Part shown: piece after piece, positions 38,663-59,565 of the stretch
Position numbering within the stretch: position 1 is the stretch's first letter
How the letters are laid out: each line of letters opens with the position of its first letter
NCBI GenBank assembly: GCA_023515725.1
Contig: JALDTO010000192.1
Location: 699,517 to 763,516 of the forward strand
Direction: 5' to 3'
Length of the DNA: 64,000 nt
From: Amoeboaphelidium protococcarum X5
Lineage: Eukaryota > Fungi > Aphelidiomycota
Position numbers and translations under genes: made by a program
Notes under the pieces: generated by a model
Seen by the model: the letters and a program-made list of their open reading frames with translations, nothing else
The model's database searches: none
What the model was told of the DNA's origin: nothing

Positions 38663-40426
38663 ATGAAAGTTGTCCATTTTGATAGTGATTTAAATCGCGA
38701 TAAAGAGTCGCTCAAGGTTTCTGATATTGAATACTTACATCCCTATCTTGTGAAGGCTTTGCAGCAGTTGGGCTTTGTTCATCTTTTTCCGGTTCAGTTA
38801 GCTGTGCTAGATCAAACGTGGAATACTGACACTGACAATGATATCAATAGTGCTCTGACTAGCGACATACTTATATCTGCACCTACTGGATCTGGTAAGT
38901 CGCTGGCGTATATATTGCCAATGTTGAATTATATACTGCATGACCCATTCGCCATGAAGGTGAGTAGTAATGGCCGAGATTAGTTTGGATATCATCTGCC
39001 ACGCGCTTTGATCGTTTTGCCCACGAAGGATCTGGTTGTTTAAACGGCCGCTGTGCTATAAAGTGTATTAAATCTAGTTAATTCTTTCAGCAACGGTAGT
39101 ACTGAAGGATTATGTTTCTCTATTAAAGCTGTCTCAATGTATGGTGGGAACAATAATGGCAAGAAGCGCCGAGTTCATAATCCATCTTGGGATAATCCGA
39201 TCGTTGATATGTCTGCAAATGGCGTGGAAGCTGAACGATTGAAAGTTATCGCGGATTTGAGTAAAGATCCTCTTAGCCAATAGGCTTTTAAATGCGATAT
39301 TATTATATCTACTCCGCATAGACTTATGGATCATGTAATTGGAGTAAGTGAGTTGGATATTCAATTGGATCTCAGTCATTTGAAACACTTGATATTAGAT
39401 GAGGCTGATGGTCTTCTACAGCAGTCTAATATAAGTGACGATTGGCTCTCGGTGCTATTAGATTATATTCACAGCTCTAATAGCGGAATGAGCTCGTTTC
39501 CTTGGTCGTCTGAAGCCGTCAACTTTGTCGGTGATGATAATAACTCGCTCTTTCACCCTCTATTAGATGCAGAAATGTTCTTACGGAGTAGTCGCAAGTT
39601 GGTTTATTAAAAGATTATACTATCTGCAACTTTGTCTTAACATATTGGTGATTTATCTTAGTTACGTCTGAACAATCCGATTCTGTTAAAGTGTTAAACC
39701 TCTGTCGATACTGAAGACTAAAATGACAACTTAGCATCATCATTATCTTCTTAGTAATACTCGCTGCCCACCACTTTGTAGTAATAGTACGTTATTACTC
39801 CTGAGCCAAGTGAGTTTACGCGTCCAGCTTGTCTGACATACCTAATGCGTCATCTGAAGGTGTCTAAAGCCTTGTGCTTTGTCAATAATGTGGATAAAGC
39901 ATAGAAATTACTGAATTTGTGTACTTCTGGATAGCTATCCGAATATTATGTAGATTATCGTAATGCTACCGAGGCGGATCTAGGGCGCGATTAGAAATTT
40001 GCCATTGCTTATTACTCATCATAACTTCCTTAACACGCGCGCTAGTAGATTGTTAAAAAGTTCTAGTAAGGATAGATTAACATCCTAATATGTACTGATG
40101 CACTGGCAAGGGGTGTTGATTTTCAAGATGAGCTAGGATTACTGGTGATACACTATGACGCGCCGCCTTCAGTATAATCTTATGTTCACCGTGCTGGAAG
40201 AACCGCGAGAGCTGGTAAATCAGGTAGATCTATCATGATCTTGAATAGAAAAGAGTCTCATTTCTGGCGGAAATAGTTGACAAAAATGTCTCTAGCGGAA
40301 AATATTACAGTCATTAAACTGCCATCTGCGAAAGAGTCAGATGAATAGGAGGATGAAGATGCACAACTGCTTCAATAGTGTCTTGGAGCGTGTCGGAACA
40401 CTTTCGAAGCTTTGCGACAAGATTGA
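38663..40426 (+). CDS. DBP6: DEAD-box RNA helicase Dbp6/DDX51
   Basis: LFPVQ, APTGSGKS, LPTKDL, DEAD, SAT, ARGVD, HRAGRTARAG. Confidence 0.9.
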
Positions 40427-40525
40427 TGATGGTCATGGGATGCTGAGATAATCTGGAAATAGACTTTGTATTCTCTTACCTTGTTTTTTTCTTGCCATTA
40501 CTTATAAACATTTAAAACATTAATC

Positions 40526-41503
40526 ATGCAGTTTGTTGTGCAATTCAGAAAATAGAAAATAGTTGTGGATGAGGTCTCATCTGACGCCACAGTGTTTCAG
40601 TTGAAGCAGACTTTGGAAGGGAAGACGGGAGTCGAAGTGGAGCAGTAGAAACTGTTGGGCAAAGGGTTAACACTAACTATTAATGATAGTCGACAGCTTG
40701 GAGAAATATTTTCTAATTCATCTAAAGAAGTGGCAATTAACTTGACTCTTATCGGCACAGAGAGAAAGAATATTAATGACATGAATCGCATTGTGGACAG
40801 ACATGCGAAAAGATCTATTGGCCAAGCGAAATCAACCAGAGACCGGATCACAGTTGATTAACGCAATGCTCAAACAGCGGTGTATAAATACTTTTAAGCT
40901 TTTAAAGTTCTTGAAGATAGGTAAGAGATACAAACGAAAGCTTTATAGATGCTACATAGACTCTCGGTAGATGCGGGCATTGTTAGTTTGATGCGAGAGA
41001 ACAAGTGGATTATAAGCGAGTTGATCGAAATCTCGCCCTTAGCGCATCCGACAATCCTCGGCTATAACAGAAATGGTGGTCAGACAATTGCTCTAAGATT
41101 AAGGACTGATGATCTCTCTGGTTTCAGGCATTACAATGATGTAAGAAGTGTGTTGGTCCATGAATTGACTCATCAGGTTCACTCTGAACATAATGCCGAA
41201 TTTTGGCATCTTTGCCGCAAAATGGAACGCCATGTTATGGATCAAACAACCACAATCGGCAAGCCGACAACGCGTGAACGAGATCATGGGATTGTCACAG
41301 ATTGGGATAGAATAGAGAGTGGATAAATGTTTACAACTGGAGCTTATAGATTAGGTGGCGGCGGCATTATCAACCCTGAAGCGTCTCCTGATCGCGATGT
41401 TATAGCTTAAGCTGCTATATTGAGGCTCACTAAACAGGAACAGATCATTTAAGAAGGATGTCAATCGCCTGAAACTTTTGACAATAATCCAAATGTTGAT
41501 TGA
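40526..41503 (+). CDS. Ubiquitin-like plus WLM metalloprotease (Wss1 family)
   Basis: N-terminal UBL (QQKLLGKG); LGYNRNGGQTIALRLRTDD; HELTH zincin motif. Confidence 0.88.
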
Positions 41504-41766
41504 TGATTGCATACTGTTTGCCATAATACACACTACTTCATTAAAGATTTTAATAAGATTTTTGTTTATTATAGAATTTTTAATATCAACATATACAGCC
41601 AAGGATATTGCGGATTTTGTGATACGTGTCAACTTACCATGTTACACGAGACTGCAAGTAGCGTCGATAGATCACGTCGCAGATTGCAACGTTATAAGGG
41701 GTTTACATCGATGTTCTTTATTTCGCTTGTACATTCAACATAGACACACAATATAGATATACATAG

Positions 41767-43731
41767 ATGGATTAACTACTGTCGTAACTGTAAGAGGGTG
41801 ACGAGTTTTTCACCTCTTTGATATCCCGTCTCGATGAAGTTGGCTCGGAGATTGAGCAAATGGTTCAAGATATACCAGCTAGATCATCCTCTCTGGTTGA
41901 AAAAGATGCTTCATCTCCGACCCAGTCGCCATAAGATTAATAGCAACCAGCTCCGTTATCCCCTCCCCAGATTACCTACCTGAATAGTCCTGAAGATGGT
42001 GATACTTCTCAGAATGATGGCGAGCATTTTGAATCAGGTCAAAGTAACTAGGTAGTGGATTTTACTGCTCCAGCTGAGCCATTTCTTGCGCCAGTGCAGT
42101 AAGTGCTCAATATCCCCGAGTCACAACGACCTGAGTAAGCAACTAAGCCGAACAAGCTTCGTAAAAAGCATCGCTCTTACCAGCCTCCTCTAAAGCCGAC
42201 TGCTGCTGTAACGCGTCCTGCATCTGCGATATTCTTGTCTCCGCCGTAAATATAGACCCATTGGCCAGAGCAATCGCGATTATCATTATAATAAACTGCC
42301 ATCATTCGCCAAGATATTCAGGATATCAATAAGTCTGACGCGGTATCTGAGGAGCCGGTAGACTTTATCGATGCTAGATTTCGCGCTCTATAGATGATCA
42401 ATGGTATTGATGTATCATCAACGCCAAATAGTCAGACTAATCTTTTACATCCCGACTCTAAAAGGGTGTCGAAAACAAGTCGAAAGCATCGCAGTTATCT
42501 AGATGGCCCAGCCTTGTCAAAAGCTTAGCTGTAAAGTTTGAGATTAAGTCAGCCTATATATGTTGCACCTAGACGAGACTCGCTACCAGTTGGTGTTGAT
42601 GTCGATTTGAAGGAATTTAACACTTCAGTCAAGTCTCAACTATCTGATGACAAAGAAAAGTCTTTGGAGATTGAGAAAGCTGCTTTATTAAAAGATTCCG
42701 TATCCCAAAAGTCTTATCGCTCTAAGCAGAAGCTTTTGATCTCTGCTCTAGTCTTCCTGGCTCTGCTCATCATTGCTTCATCCATCTATGTGGGTTTAAA
42801 ATTCCTGAATAGCAGCGGGGGTCGTTAAGGTGGGACCATTGAGACTGCCCCTGACATTCCTGATAAGGATCCGGAGATTCCAGAATAAAAGATTATCATT
42901 GACAAGGATATAGAGAAGGGACCTTTTGGATGTTCTAATTATCCTCTACGTGCTCCGCTGAGATCGTAAGATTACTCTGATTAGATGGAGTCACCTGATT
43001 ATCCAGAGTCAATTGCGCCATCAAAATTAAAATGTCCGGCTGACTCTATCAGATATACCTTGACTGAGTGTGATCTCTTGAGAATGCTTGATGGTAGTGC
43101 TAGTACACTCGATAACGTGGTTCGTCGATACTTGCCTGATCTGCTCACAGCTATGGAAATTTATGATCTCAACTGCAGTCCTTAGAGGATGGCCATGTTC
43201 TTGGGACAGGTCAGACATGAAACTCAAGGCTTTACTAAGATGATGCAAACGGCTGATCTAGCCGCTGGATCTTTGCATGTTCTGCCTGTCCATTTCCCTC
43301 GTGCAATCACCCAAATCCTTCCACTGCGAAAGTAATATGAGATTCAAAGGGAAGCTGGTCAAGTAGTTCCACTTACACAATTATCTGATATTGTCAAGGC
43401 ATCTGCTTATACTGAGCAATAAAAATCTGACATTACGAAAGTGAGCGAGATTATATAAGAACCTCAATTCACATTTCTGGTCGGTGGATGGTGGTTCGCA
43501 TAAGGCGCGTAATAGTCTTTGAGCAATTTAGATTGTGTAGACTTGAGATCAACTTCAGACAGGACGCGATCCACCAATGTCACTTCTACTGATTCAACAT
43601 ATGTTAAAGTGTCTCGTTGCATATTCGGAAGTAATGCAGATGTTGGCGGAGGCTAAAGATTGGAATTTTATTAGACCGCCTTGAAGGTTGCGGATGAATT
43701 CTAATGTCAAGTTGAGAAGTGTTCTCCTTGA
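41767..43731 (+). CDS. Type-II membrane protein with C-terminal GH19/lysozyme-like domain (654 aa)
   Basis: Single TM LLISALVFLALLIIASSIYVGL; RMAMFLGQVRHETQGF, GGWWF and QRLEFYQTA GH19-like motifs. Confidence 0.72.
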
Positions 43732-43865
43732 TACCAAGTTCAACGATGATGATGGAACTGCTGATATTCGATGATTTTAAATAAAAAATAAATATGTTTT
43801 AGCTATGCAATATTTTATTACACTGTTTTCTTGATTTCAGTTTCCAATATTAAACATGGTCATCA

Positions 43866-44771
43866 TCAATATATCGGCTTGAAGGAGTTTACATACATAT
43901 AACGAGAGAAGACTATGTAAAGCCCCCTAAACCATACCATTTATGAACCGTGTTACAGCATACTCTAGTTGGCCAAAATGACATCTTACAAATCGCTTGT
44001 TATAATAACGGATGTGGTATCATTACTATCTCGAAACTCGTCTTCACGTCTCTTGTTACTCAAAGCTGAAGATTTCTCTTTAGTTATTAGGCAGATCAAC
44101 TATCGTAAGAGGTGAGTTAAGCATACCAAAATCAAGTCCAGAGGGCCCAAGTATTTCCGAATTAGATTAACGCTTTACAGTGCATAAGCATGCACGCGTC
44201 CATGGCCTGATTAATAATCGGTTTTTGAACCAGTTGACGACGACTCTGCCATGTTCTGTGCTTAAATCATACGCTTCACGCCATTGTACACAGAGATATG
44301 ATTACGGTGACCAGATACACCATAGTCGTCAAAGGTGAACACGCCATTCACCTTATTCTTGCGCGCAAAGTCACTTATTACATCTGAGACAACGTGCGGC
44401 TCCCAGTAAGTGTGAGGACTGTCCAACATGGAAGGGTGATGGAGAGAGAATACATGATCTTCGTCCAAGCCTAATACGCTCGCCGCATTCAAAAGTTCTT
44501 ATTGTCGTTGATTACCAAAATTATCATAATTGCCGGTGGAGAGACATAGCAGGAACACCTCGGAGAACTAGTTTGGATTCTACACCATCAATCGTATAAG
44601 CGGAGCAAAGAACATGCACTCATCATCAGGATGGGCTGTAACAATTAAAGCAACACATTCCCGCGGCAATGTCTCAGCGGCATTTTTATTACCATTATAG
44701 TGCAAGATGGTCCAACTAATAAGCACTGCAATTATTAGAGCAACTGATATCGCAACTACAATATTAGACAT
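43866..44771 (-). CDS. PIGL: GlcNAc-PI de-N-acetylase (PIG-L/Gpi12)
   Basis: AHPDDECMFF, CLSTGN, TFDDYGVSGHRNH, QMVWFRG...FSRYMYVN. Confidence 0.95.
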
Positions 44772-44917
44772 TGCGTTTTATCCGCGGTTAAAGCACTTCA
44801 AAGAGACAATATAAAACTATAGCGAAAGCAGGTCAAAAGCTTAAATTCAAGAATTACATTTTAACTTCCACACATTCAATCAGTCAATCAATCAATCAGC
44901 CGAAGCCAATTATATTT

Positions 44918-46516
44918 TCAAACTCTCCATGCAATGCGCGGATAGACTTGCTTGAACTTTTCATACAGCTCTGGTTTGGAGCGTTGAATAGCAGCAGGAT
45001 CTTCAGCCAGAATAACAAAAGTAGTCTATGTTCCACTCTCTACAACCATAGCAATGATGCCCATCATCACTAGGCCCATCAAGAACACGGCCACTGTGAT
45101 GAGGATGGCAAAGAAGAAGGCAGCACTGTTAGGATCATTCCAGTCAGCTGTGCCTCTAATTGAAAAGTACGCAACAGCATAGGCCACAGTACCAGAGGCC
45201 ATACCGACCGCAATCTTACCGAATCCAAGTACAGTTCCCACCAGACTGTCATTCACAATTGCATCAATACCGTGACTCTTCACCAGATTCCAAGTATCCT
45301 TGGCAGCCTCACAAAATGACTTGCCATATACGGCGACGTGAACGTACGCGTAAGAGTTAAAGTACTCAATCAATCCCTACAGGCATCCGATAATGCAATC
45401 AGCAATAGCAGCCAGAATAGAATTCTACTGAGCAGCCTGACGCAACATAAATCGCAAAGTCTATATCAGAGCAATGATCAGAGACCCAAATGCAATAGGA
45501 CCCAGCGAAGTGGTGAATGCACGCTTGGCAGATTACAGAGTAGGATTGCGCGGCATCATCGAGGATCCTTCCAAAAAGTAAGCAGTGGCCACAGTACCAC
45601 TGATGGTGACATGCAAAGTATTGATTAACACTTGAGATACCCAATAACCACTGAAAACGATGAATATAAGCAGGATAGTCTATGGCGCACCTTGACCATC
45701 AAATCTGGAAGATATTCCCACACTTGAGAATGCCCAATACACAGAGTAAGCAAACTGGACCAGAAGGCTCAAGAAGGCCACAGTGTAAGTGAATGGGTAC
45801 CTAGAAGTTATTCCAACCACACTCTCCATGATCAATGCAGCCAACGGAATACGATGGCGGGCGAAAAAGAAGAATAGAGCAGACAGAATTAAAAAGATCA
45901 GATTAATCACAGCCAACAGCCATGCACCTAGGTAGAAGGCAAACGCAGTAAATGCCAAATTCAGCAGTAAAGTTACAATAATTGACACCTTGATCAGGCC
46001 GCGACCACTGACTCTCATTAAAACAGTATAGGCAGCACTCAGTCCCAGAGCAACTACAGCACCAACAACCAGTGATGCAATGAGACCATTTTTGGCAGTC
46101 TAAGACAGAGGAGTGGATGTATTGTTGCTGTTAGCTGAGCCATTTCCACTGCTTGAACTATTAGTTTAGGCACTTCCCAGGCCACCCTGAGCAATGTGAG
46201 ACAGGCCAAAGTAAGACAAAACGACAAATGCCAAAAAGTGAACGGCAAACAATATGGTGGCCCACAGATCAGGATAGCGAGAAGTAGGCTAAAGTCTTCC
46301 AGCCGAATCACCACTAGGAGCACCGCCATTTGGACCCAGCGGATTAGTAGATCCATACTACTGCTACTTGTTATCCCCTGATTATGGCGGATAACCATAA
46401 GGACCAGACTATTTCTAAAACCCATCCTAAGGCGGGTACATTGGCTACTAAGGAGGCTACGGATAATTACCGTATTGCTACTGCGACTAATACTACGGAG
46501 GATACTACTAAGACAT
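44918..46516 (-). CDS. PNS1: Choline transporter-like protein Pns1 (CTL family)
   Basis: Q/P/Y-rich N-terminus; SLGPIAFGSL, EYFNSYAYVHVAVYGKSFCEAAKDTW, LAEDP. Confidence 0.9.
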
Positions 46517-47867
46517 TTTTAATCTCTTTCTTGTATATCGGAAACAGTAGTAGATTCAATAATCAAAAGGGAGAGAGAATCAGAATCGGCTGAAGGAAGA
46601 AAAGAAGAAAGAAAGCTAGCTGCAAGAAGACACGATTCGCACGATGGAACAAACAGAAACAATCGCAACAAGCCGATCTTTCCGTTGCCATTCCGGACTA
46701 TTCGTGTGGTTGGTTACGTTCATTCTTTAGTGTTAATACCGTGGATTTGACGACAATGTTAGAAAGTCTGTAGACATTAACAAAGAGGCACGAAAGCAAA
46801 TGAAGGGCAAAGGAATCAACGGTCGTTTCACATTTAAAAAGCGAATGCGATTGTTAGTGTAAAATAGATGGATCACCAGGTGATCAACCGTGTGATCAAG
46901 ACTATCGTGTTAAATTTTTAATCTTAAGTGAGATATTGTTGCGTGCAGAACACATTATCAATTCAATTGAAGTGCGGGACATTCTAGTTGCTGGCCATAG
47001 TGCCTACAAGGTATCTGCAACTAATTCCTCACGGAGAATCTCAAATTCGTTATGTAATGGAGGAGACGAAGAATATTAATTTGATTAGCACATTGTTTTC
47101 AGTCAACGGTGCTTCAGTCTCTGTAACTCTTAGTTGCGATAATTGTAATAACTGGATAGCTGTAAGGAAGATAGAGAGAATTTCAATTAATCAATTTATC
47201 AAAAGCTGAGTAAGCCAGAAAGAAGTTGAAACGAGTAGCTTATGATAGAGTGCATTTATGAACAAAGTAGAATCTGAACACATAACAGGTATTGGAGGTC
47301 AATTTAGACACGACGCGTTTAAGAATGTCGAGGCTCGGTGGCAACACTATACATACTGTGTTATTAATTGCTTAAAGAATATTTCATTGCAATACGTGAA
47401 ATTTAATTTTGTTTTATTGTTTTAGTTTTTGTATTTGCATGCATGAAAAGTAGTTTAATTTACATCACTGTTGCACGCTTTCATTGCAATCATTGTAAGT
47501 AAACTGTTATTCAACAGTCTTGCACCCTAACCTGTTTTAATTAGACGCGACTCCTAAGTCATTATAATTTAATATCTTAATTCTGTCATTGCGCAAACTT
47601 CAGTCTTAATCGCGGTATTAAAGAGATTCCGATATTGATATTTTAGAGCCACTGTGACGCCTTACTGCAGGATAGAACTCAATAATAAATTTATTAAAAA
47701 GTATAATCCATGCAGTACACTACCTTCAAGTATAACTCATTCTATATGATGACTGGTAATTAAAATCAATTAGAATTGAAATTAGCAAAGATGTACTTGT
47801 TGTTAATGAAAAGGCTATAAATATACGTTTGGACTTTGTTATCTAAATACGCGATATCAAACTGGTC

Positions 47868-54800
<6,933 letters not shown>

Positions 54801-54908
54801 TGATGTTAATACAATCCTTACTTGTAGAGGGATTCGGAAAACTTATTTTAGCGTTGAATTTTCTTAGTTTCAGCCTCACTTCGTTTCTTCATTCTCTTCA
54901 ACACTTTC

Positions 54909-56498
54909 ATGAAAATCATGCGGTCTCTGTGTCGATTGTCTAGCAGTCACCTGTACCATAATAAGTATAATTTAAATGATGCATATCGTCAATATGGTAC
55001 TGGCAGTGTATTTGCAAGCGATTAGTCCAAATTCTACAAGTCCTATAATATTGCGCCATTCTTGCAACACACTCCAGATGTCCTAACTCTGAATCGATTG
55101 TCTCTTTACTCGCGCCACCTGACTCTGAACAAGATTATTGGCAGTGCAAACTATGTGAGGAAAGAGCTTTGCATTCGATTGGCTCATCGTTTGAGGGATT
55201 TCCATTAGACTTTACCGTTCATTGTTGGGAGGAATCCGAGGATTAATCTGGTGTATGGTCTGTACTTTGAAGCGTTTGAGCAGCTGAGCACGGGATTCGA
55301 TTAAATATTGAGTGTGGATGCTCGTCCTTAATGTCTAGAAAGTCATGATTAGAATCTTGGTGTTAATAAAGCTCTCTTTAAGTACAATATAAAGACGTTG
55401 GATGATAATGTATAGTTTTGCGACTTGTTGCAGCGATTGTTAAAGATGCATGAAGTGGCTATACCGAACCTGGCAGCTGGTATTATTGAATGCGGAGCTT
55501 CGTTCAGAGCTTTGTCACTGCAGGATGATCCCCAGAAATCTAAGAATACACTGTAATAAGGACCTTTCATTCAAGTTAGTTAGATGGATAGATTTGTTAA
55601 TGATCTGCTAAAGACACGAATTGGACGAAGAGTTCTGGCTGAATAGCATATCATTCGTAGTAAAGATTATTTGAGGGAACTCAGCGGAGAGGAGTTGAGT
55701 GAAAGTGATGGTTTCGGTATTGTATAGCCTGATATATCTGCAGTGGATGTTGTAAAGTAATGTAGTAAGTTGGCGATAGAGTCGCTTTAGTAGAAATTAG
55801 AGGACTCTGCTCATTAATCTTTTCATAAAATCCCGGAGGTGAGGATCGACGGCGATTTGGACACTAAATTCATGTACATCACTGATCATATTGAGTATAT
55901 TTTGTTTGAGCTGATCAAGAATGCACTTTGGGCAACTCTATTCAGTAAAAAGTAATAAAGTGACTACATATATGTGACTATATGTCCAGAGATTGAATAG
56001 GATCATCAGAGAAAATAACGGGAAGCTCTGCAATAGCAGTAGAGATATACAGAATATAATCCTAGCGTTAGTTCTGCTCCAAGTACTAGGCAGGTTATAT
56101 TTCGTATATCAGATCACGGTGGAGGATTTGAGTAGAAAGTGCTGCCAAACGAGTCAATTACTACTAGTTTATGGTCGTTTTGTCATCACAATCAGCTGTT
56201 GAAACACTTTGATGAAAGCCAGGTGTAAAGTATCACGAAGAAGCGATTAAATATGCCGCAAGACACGAAATTACTTGGTAAACTGTCCGATTCTCATACA
56301 TCTTCATCTCCATCGGCAGATCAAGCAGGACATTCTGCATCGGCAAAGTCACCGCTCAAGATTGGTCTCTAGCTTGCGCGGGCTTTCGCGTAATACTGGG
56401 GAGGCGATATTAGAGTTGAATCTATGCGCTAATACGGATCTGATGTGTATGTAACAATAGATACAAGTGGGGATGTATCTGAATAGCTTACTGAATGA
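54909..56498 (+). CDS. Mitochondrial pyruvate/branched-chain alpha-ketoacid dehydrogenase kinase
   Basis: SANYVRKELCIRLAHRL, YILFELIKNA, RISDHGGG, QYWGGDI. Confidence 0.9.
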
Positions 56499-56668
56499 GT
56501 TGACTTATTTGTACCATCTTGTACTTTAATTCGATGCAGATATAATGAGTAAATTTGTAGTAAAATATTGAGAGTTGTCTATTAATTATGTCGTGTTTTC
56601 TCTTTTTTCCATAAAGCTTAAATATTGGGCTCTTAACAGTAAAAGCGAATCTTGAAATTGTTATAATA

Positions 56669-57016
56669 ATGTCAGTGAGCGTGCCTATAAAGCTATTGCA
56701 TGAATGTATTGGTCATATAGTGACTGTAGAGCTGAATAGTGGTGAAATTTATCGTGGACTATTACATGATGCAGAGGATTCTATGAATATTCAACTTGTG
56801 GCCGCTCCTCCATCAACTCAGTCCGCGTAAACTCCGCCAAAGGAGCCGTCTATTGATGGCGTGTTATTGACTCATAGAGATGGTAGAAAAGAGATTATAG
56901 AACACGCTTTCATCCGGGGCAGTAACGTTCGGTATATAATTGCTCCAGACATGCTGCGTGCATCTCCTATTTTCGATAGCATTGGTCCAACAGGTCTCAG
57001 TAAAGGCCGATAATGA
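56669..57016 (+). CDS. SNRPD3: snRNP protein SmD3
   Basis: [18 protein letters not shown]...YRG...AEDSMN...[16 protein letters not shown]. Confidence 0.92.
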
Positions 57017-57650
57017 AATTTGCTGGCTATCGCTGTGAAGAATAAGTGTATAAATAGAGTTCTGTGTTCTTTATTCTTTTGGTTATTATATTATAAAACT
57101 TTGTTGCAGTAGTAAGATTCTAAGTGACTTTCATACTCGCGTTCACTTTATGCAAAGATGAGTGCATTCACTTTATGCTAGGGGATCTGTCTGATTTTTT
57201 CTCAGCGTCACCCGATAGTCCTCATTTTGTCTGATTGCTCGAGCTGCCAAAAAAGTTTTCTCTTTTATTCACTAGTGGTGAACATGAAGCCGCAAGGAGC
57301 ATCAAACAGAGAGAGAAGTCCATCTTTCCTTTAGACTGACAACGGACGTTGCGAGCGAGCGACGACAAACGGCAACACACAGGAGCTTCTCCTCTCGCTC
57401 TTTTACTCTCTCTCTCTCACTCTCTTTGCACTGTGTTGAAGCGCATCGTTAAATTTAGCTCAGCAATTCACTCATCACTACCAGGCGAAGAACATCTTGC
57501 TGCGACAACAAACATCAGATTGTCGCTCATTCATCTGCTATTGGTAGCTAATAATTGTCTATATTTGTCATTGCTTATTATTAAATTTATTTACGGCTCA
57601 ATCGCTGTTGGTAATTCCTGAATAATATCCACTCTTGCGTACGAACAGTA

Positions 57651-58311
57651 ATGACTGCAAAGAATTAGTTTTTAAGAGAGTATAAACTTGTGGTAGTTGG
57701 AGGTGGTGGTAAGCTTACATCAATATTATTGCCCATGTTGACATTCGTCATAACCGCCATTAATTTTAACTGTAGGTGTTGGAAAGTCTGCTTTAACTAT
57801 ACAGTTTATTCAATCTCATTTCGTTGATGAATACGATCCAACCATCGAGGACTCTTATCGCAAACAGTGTGTGATTGACGATGAAGTGGCTCTGCTGGAT
57901 GTGCTCGATACCGCCGGCTAGGAAGAGTACAGCGCCATGAGAGAGCAGTACATGCGCACCGGTGAAGGTTTCCTGTGTGTGTACAGTATAACGAGCAGAA
58001 ACTCCTTTGAAGAGATTTCCACCTTCCACCAGCAGATTCTGAGAGTGAAGGATAAAGACTACTTTCCGATTATTATTGTGGCGAACAAGTGCGATCTGGA
58101 GAATGAACGACAGGTGTCCAGTCAGGAGGGTAGAGATTTGGCAAAGAAGTTCCAGTGCAAGTTTATCGAGTCTAGTGCGAAGAGTAAGATCAATGTTGAT
58201 GAGGCCTTCTTCAGTCTGGTCAGGGAAATCAGACGCTTTAATAAAGATAATTAGCAGGGGAAGGTGGCTGCGAGCAAGCCTGCAAGAAAATTTAAGTGTG
58301 TGCTGATGTGA
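57651..58311 (+). CDS. RAS: Ras GTPase (intron 57709-57775)
   Basis: [32 protein letters not shown] (Q encoded by TAG), NKCD, CAAX box CVLM. Confidence 0.97.
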
Positions 58312-58850
58312 TTTGGAATTTTAATACACGTAAATTCACTTTTACTTTCTCTGAATAAGCTCTGTTTTGAATTCTCTATTGTCATCATCCTTTGCCGTTT
58401 TTGTTCTATTAAGGTAAAGGGTATGGCTAGTTGTGTATGTGTGTACTGTACACTTAGCATCTCTTTTGGTTTTACTTTTCGGCCGTGTGAGATTTCTGAA
58501 ATGAGGCGCGCCTTCAGGTTTGCCCAAAACGATAGAGACTAAGCGAGCGTTTAAGGTGTCTAGTTGATTAGTGGTACTTTTACGGCTTATATAACGGTGT
58601 TCGATCAATGCGCCGTCAATTACTTTGTTGAACTCATCAAGTGATTGATAAATTAATACGCAGTGAGAGCCGGATATTTCCTAATGTTTGACAACTTAAA
58701 ACTGCATAAACTCCAGAGAGCAGTAAAATGCTGCTCTAAGGCATTCAGTTGATCTTTCCTTCTCTTTCTCTTGATATCGGTTTATTTATTCAGCTGATAA
58801 AAGATCAACATCAATATTCTATACCAAAATCTAATCGCTTTTTATATATT

Positions 58851-59297
58851 ATGAATGCAGTAGTAAGAGCAGTAGGACGAAACGCTGTACCAAAGCCTCC
58901 GTTGAGGTCACCCATAAGTATAACTCCCTCTGCTAAATAGCGATTACAGTCGTTGTACGAGAGGTAAAATTCACAAGGCTAATCATCCACGTCACTGTAA
59001 TCACTGTAATAATAAGATATCGGATAGCGACATAAATACATAAAGCTCTTCCTCAGGACTAAAGGCTGCAGTGGAAATGCTTATGCTCTGGAATGGACCC
59101 CGAAAAAGGAGGCGTTCGATGAAGAGGTGCAGATTGTCAAAGAGTCACCATTCTCATTCCTCATTGAAGGACGCGCTCTCATGACCGTGATAGGAAGTGA
59201 AATGGATTATAAAGAAGACAAGTTGAGCGCAGGATTTGTATTTAACAATCCAAACATTAAAGAGACTTGCGGATGTGGTACCAGTTTCGTGGTGTGA
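58851..59297 (+). CDS. ISA1: Fe-S cluster assembly protein IscA/Isa1
   Basis: KGCSGNAY, IGSEMDY, FNNPNIKETCGCGTSF. Confidence 0.93.
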
Positions 59298-59565
59298 AGC
59301 ACTAATTTGTATGTGATATGTTGAATAAAGTACTATTTTAGAGATTTAATAACGTTGCATTCCTATGAGTTAGTGTGCTTTACTTCAGCCACCTTATGTA
59401 TTTTTCCATCCATTCATACGACATTACAGCAGATGAGAATGGATTACATAAATTAACGTTTTAAAATCAAGCATTGAAGAACTAAAGATAAAGAAAACGC
59501 AGTAACTATCTGGTGACCACATTTATATCGCTCACTTCATATTTATAATTCCTATCACCTTAAAA

